Assembly: GCA_964625835.1 (NCBI GenBank)
Contig: CAZVES010000001.1
Span: 1-56,784 of the forward strand
Direction of reading: 5' to 3'
DNA from: an uncultured Hyphomonadaceae bacterium
GTDB lineage: Bacteria > Pseudomonadota > Alphaproteobacteria > Caulobacterales > Hyphomonadaceae
Length of the DNA stretch: 56,784 bases
Below are positions 54,626-56,784 of this stretch, piece by piece. Each line of letters opens with the position of its first letter. Positions within the stretch are counted from its first letter, which is position 1. The notes below the pieces were generated by a model. The model did no database searches, was not told where the DNA came from, and saw nothing but the letters and a program-made list of their open reading frames with translations. Both the position numbers and the translations under genes were made by a program.

Positions 54626-55480
54626 CTAATTGCCCACAGCGAGGATCACGCGTGAGGCCGCAACGGTCAGCGCAGACTGGTCGGCATCCAGCATGCCAGG
54701 CCGCGTCGCTGTAGGATAAGCCTCTGCAAGGCGTGCCAGCGCATCTTGAATGCGGGCTGCCGCCTCGGCGTCTTCTGCCGCGATGTCAGCCTCGGCTGCG
54801 AGGAACGCGGCTTGCCCGGCCTTGTAGAAGCCATATCCGTCCAGATAGGGCTCGTAACGGTCGCTTTCGGCGGCGGCGCGGTACATGTCTGTGGCCCGTT
54901 CAATCTGGTCTGCCGCCACGCCCGCCGCGATCGCTGCCTGGCTGGAACCGTCATCGGGGGCCTTGCGTGAAGCTGCGCGCAGGGCTGAGATGATATCATC
55001 GGCGCGGGCGTTGATCTGGTCACCCGTTTCGCCATCGAAGACTGCCGCTGAAGCAGAGATGAAGAGCGGGCTGAAATCCTCCACACCGCGCGCCTCGAAC
55101 ACCGGCTGCATGTCGGCCAGGACTTCCCCAACGGGATGGCCGAACATCTCCGCCGCAGCACTGGTCTCGCCAGCCGCAAACGCATCGCGCGCTGCGACAA
55201 CATGGGCTTCGGCAATGGCAAGCGCAGAGTTGAACACCACGGGGTCGGCCGCTGCGGCAGAAATCGACACGCCGCCCTCGCCTTCGCCGCCTTCACCCTC
55301 GCCTCCGCTGCCAGCTTCCCCCTCGCCGGCAGTGCTGGCCGGTACAATCGGCACTTCGGCCACAATTTCGGGTTCCGGCGCAGGGGCGTTTGCAGGTTCG
55401 CTACCGCACGCCGCAAGCGTTCCGCTCGCCAGCACCGCTCCAAGGCCAAGCTGGCTCCAGCGTTTGATCTTGATCTCCAT
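54626..55480 (-). CDS. hypothetical lipoprotein with Gly/Glu-rich linker
   Basis: Signal peptide plus lipobox (...GAVLASGTLAACGSE), then a low-complexity AGEGEAGSGGEGEGGEGEGG linker, then an Ala-rich helical region. It is divergent from the piuC-like gene. I recognise no family. Confidence 0.6.
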   Translation of the reverse strand: MEIKIKRWSQLGLGAVLASGTLAACGSEPANAPAPEPEIVAEVPIVPASTAGEGEAGSGGEGEGGEGEGGVSISAAAADPVVFNSALAIAEAHVVAARDAFAAGETSAAAEMFGHPVGEVLADMQPVFEARGVEDFSPLFISASAAVFDGETGDQINARADDIISALRAASRKAPDDGSSQAAIAAGVAADQIERATDMYRAAAESDRYEPYLDGYGFYKAGQAAFLAAEADIAAEDAEAAARIQDALARLAEAYPTATRPGMLDADQSALTVAASRVILAVGN

Positions 55481-55532
55481 GGGGGGAGTGTCCTTCAGGT
55501 GGTCTGCGTTATATATTCTCCCTTGTGACGGA

Positions 55533-55545
55533 AATGAAAGTCATT
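55533..55545. promoter_or_regulatory. Fur-box-like inverted repeat AATGA-aag-TCATT upstream of piuC-like gene
   Basis: The site lies 17 nt before ATG 55562, with TTATATATT (-10-like) at about 55509-55517. The wider 19-mer GGAAATGAAAGTCATTCGC matches 12/19 positions of GATAATGATAATCATTATC by hand alignment. Confidence 0.35.
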
Positions 55546-55561
55546 CGCAAGTGGGCCTGCC

Positions 55562-56233
55562 ATGTTGATTACGATTTCCCGGATCCTCGACGAGGCGGCG
55601 CTGTCAGAAGCCAGGGCGCTCGCCGCTACACTGGCCTGGCGCGATGGCGCGTCCACAGCTGGAAGCGTGGCGAGGCGGGTGAAAAACAACGATCAGGCAG
55701 ACCTGTCGTCACGCACCGGGGCGAAGCTTCGCGAACTGCTCAAGACGGCTATTTCCAACCACCCTGTCCTGCGCGCCGCAGCCCAGCCACGGCGTTTTTC
55801 AAGCCTGATCGTGAGCCGGACCGGGGTCGGCGGCGGTTACGGCCTTCATATCGACAATGCCTTCATGGGGGAGGGGGCTGACCGCATGCGGGCAGACCTG
55901 TCCTTCACGCTCTTCCTGTCTGAACCGGCCGAATATGACGGCGGCGCGCTATCCATCGAACATGCGGGGCTGACCCAGGGCCTGAAGCTGCCTGCGGGCG
56001 ATCTTGTCCTTTATCCGTCCACCAGCCTGCATGAAGTCACGCCAGTCACGGCCGGGACACGCCTGGCCTGTGTCGGCTGGATCGAAAGCCAGGTTCGGTC
56101 TGCGGAGGATCGCGAAATCGTCTTCGACCTCGAAAACCTTCGCGCCAGCCTTCTCGCCCGTCTTGATCCACAATCTGCCGAAATGCTGACGCTCGCAAAG
56201 TCGATATCGAACCTGCTGCGGCGCTTTGATTGA
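55562..56233 (+). CDS. Fe(II)/2-oxoglutarate-dependent PKHD-type hydroxylase (PiuC/YbiX family)
   Basis: 223 aa with YbiX-like N-terminus MLITISRILDEAALSEAR... and the 2-His-1-carboxylate context ...GYGLHIDNA... / ...STSLHEVTPVT.... Confidence 0.8.
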   Translation: MLITISRILDEAALSEARALAATLAWRDGASTAGSVARRVKNNDQADLSSRTGAKLRELLKTAISNHPVLRAAAQPRRFSSLIVSRTGVGGGYGLHIDNAFMGEGADRMRADLSFTLFLSEPAEYDGGALSIEHAGLTQGLKLPAGDLVLYPSTSLHEVTPVTAGTRLACVGWIESQVRSAEDREIVFDLENLRASLLARLDPQSAEMLTLAKSISNLLRRFD

Positions 56234-56263
56234 ACTGCGGAGGCAATCTGGCCGGAAATCGCC

Positions 56264-56784
56264 TTACCGCGGCCGCACGCCGCCGAGGTCGAAGGTGGCG
56301 CCCCAGGACAGGCTGATCAGGGCGCTCCAGTTGAGTTGCTCATTGGCGTGCTGGGCTGCGCCGCCGGCCTCGATCTGGAGGTTTTCGCCGAGGCTCCACA
56401 CGGCACTTGCGCCGAGCTGTGCATACTCGTCGAACCCGTAGAGCGGGTCGCCGCGCTCGGCGATCAGGCCATCGCCGCTGTAGAAGCTGCCATGGACGCG
56501 CAGGCGCGTGCTGTCGTTCGGGGCGAGCTCTGCCTCCGCCTTCACCTCGACGCCGCTGCTGGTCACAGAGTCCGTGTCCTTGGTCGAGAAGGAGGAGCCG
56601 AGGCCATGGACGCCGAGGCGCAGATCCTCGATCCAGCGAATGCCGCCGGGCTCTGAGACGCCGACCGATCCGCCGATGCGGCCGACGAAATTGTCGTCCA
56701 CCTGGCGGCTCGTGCTGATCTGGCCGCCAGCATGGGCCCAGAGCACTTCTGCGTCGAGGCGCACCAAATCGTTCAGGAGGCGCA
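56264..56784 (-). CDS. C-terminal part of a probable outer-membrane beta-barrel protein (gene runs off right edge)
   Basis: The frame is open from the window edge, and the ORF-track start at 56767 is only a TTG. The sequence shows an alternating polar/hydrophobic beta-strand pattern rich in G/S/D/Y (...RLRVHGSFYSGDG..., ...LNWSALISLSWGATFDLGG...). The family is not resolved. Confidence 0.4.
   Translation of the reverse strand, partial: RLLNDLVRLDAEVLWAHAGGQISTSRQVDDNFVGRIGGSVGVSEPGGIRWIEDLRLGVHGLGSSFSTKDTDSVTSSGVEVKAEAELAPNDSTRLRVHGSFYSGDGLIAERGDPLYGFDEYAQLGASAVWSLGENLQIEAGGAAQHANEQLNWSALISLSWGATFDLGGVRPR

Noticed and set aside
55271-55330. Short GAG/GGC-type periodicity (CTCGCC/TTCGCC repeats) that looks repeat-like at DNA level
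   Set aside because: It encodes the Gly/Glu-rich linker of the lipoprotein. The repeat is imperfect, in frame and far too short to be a CRISPR array or tandem-repeat locus.
54550-56784. Possible genomic island inserted downstream of the tRNA-Tyr-like gene
   Set aside because: The window shows no integrase, no direct repeat of the tRNA 3' end and no obvious compositional shift. The genes look like an ordinary iron-type locus, so no mobile element is called.

Overview
This is a visibly GC-rich alphaproteobacterial chromosome segment. Its synteny looks Caulobacterales/Hyphomonadaceae-like, which is an inference from gene order, not a database result. The window is dominated by core genes. Minus strand: trpF-trpB-(2 extra genes)-trpA-accD-folC, an AbgT-family transporter, hrcA-grpE, an RND efflux operon with its TetR regulator, katG, trxA, a seven-gene chain of overlapping genes obg-proB-tsaE-amgK-murU-addB-addA, and serB. 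Plus strand: a TadE/TadE/TadG-vWA module, three YceI-domain genes (one fused to cytochrome b561), tsaC, pstCAB-phoU-phoB with a Pho box and no pstS, a DAACS symporter, a nitroreductase, miaA, an ilvI-ilvH-ilvC cluster, and piuC/ybiX. I found no rRNA, CRISPR array, IS element, integrase or recognisable defence system. The points most worth a second look are listed here. (1) The ilv operon carries non-ilv passengers joined by ATGA stop/start overlaps: an unrecognised membrane-anchored ORF between ilvI and ilvH, preceded by a possible 59-codon ORF, and a GT26 (WecB/TagA/CpsF) glycosyltransferase with a C-terminal STAS-like domain between ilvH and ilvC. All of it lies behind a hand-found Leu/Val/Ile-rich leader peptide and terminator. 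(2) trpB and trpA are separated by cutA and a small unknown membrane protein, again translationally coupled. (3) A 5'-truncated sbtA homologue is cut one base from a tRNA-Tyr-like gene whose stems carry uncompensated mismatches. (4) Orphan TadE/TadG-vWA genes sit without any Tad/Cpa machinery, next to a leaderless S1 protease. All calls rest on reading the supplied translations and on my own hand translation and folding. No searches were run.
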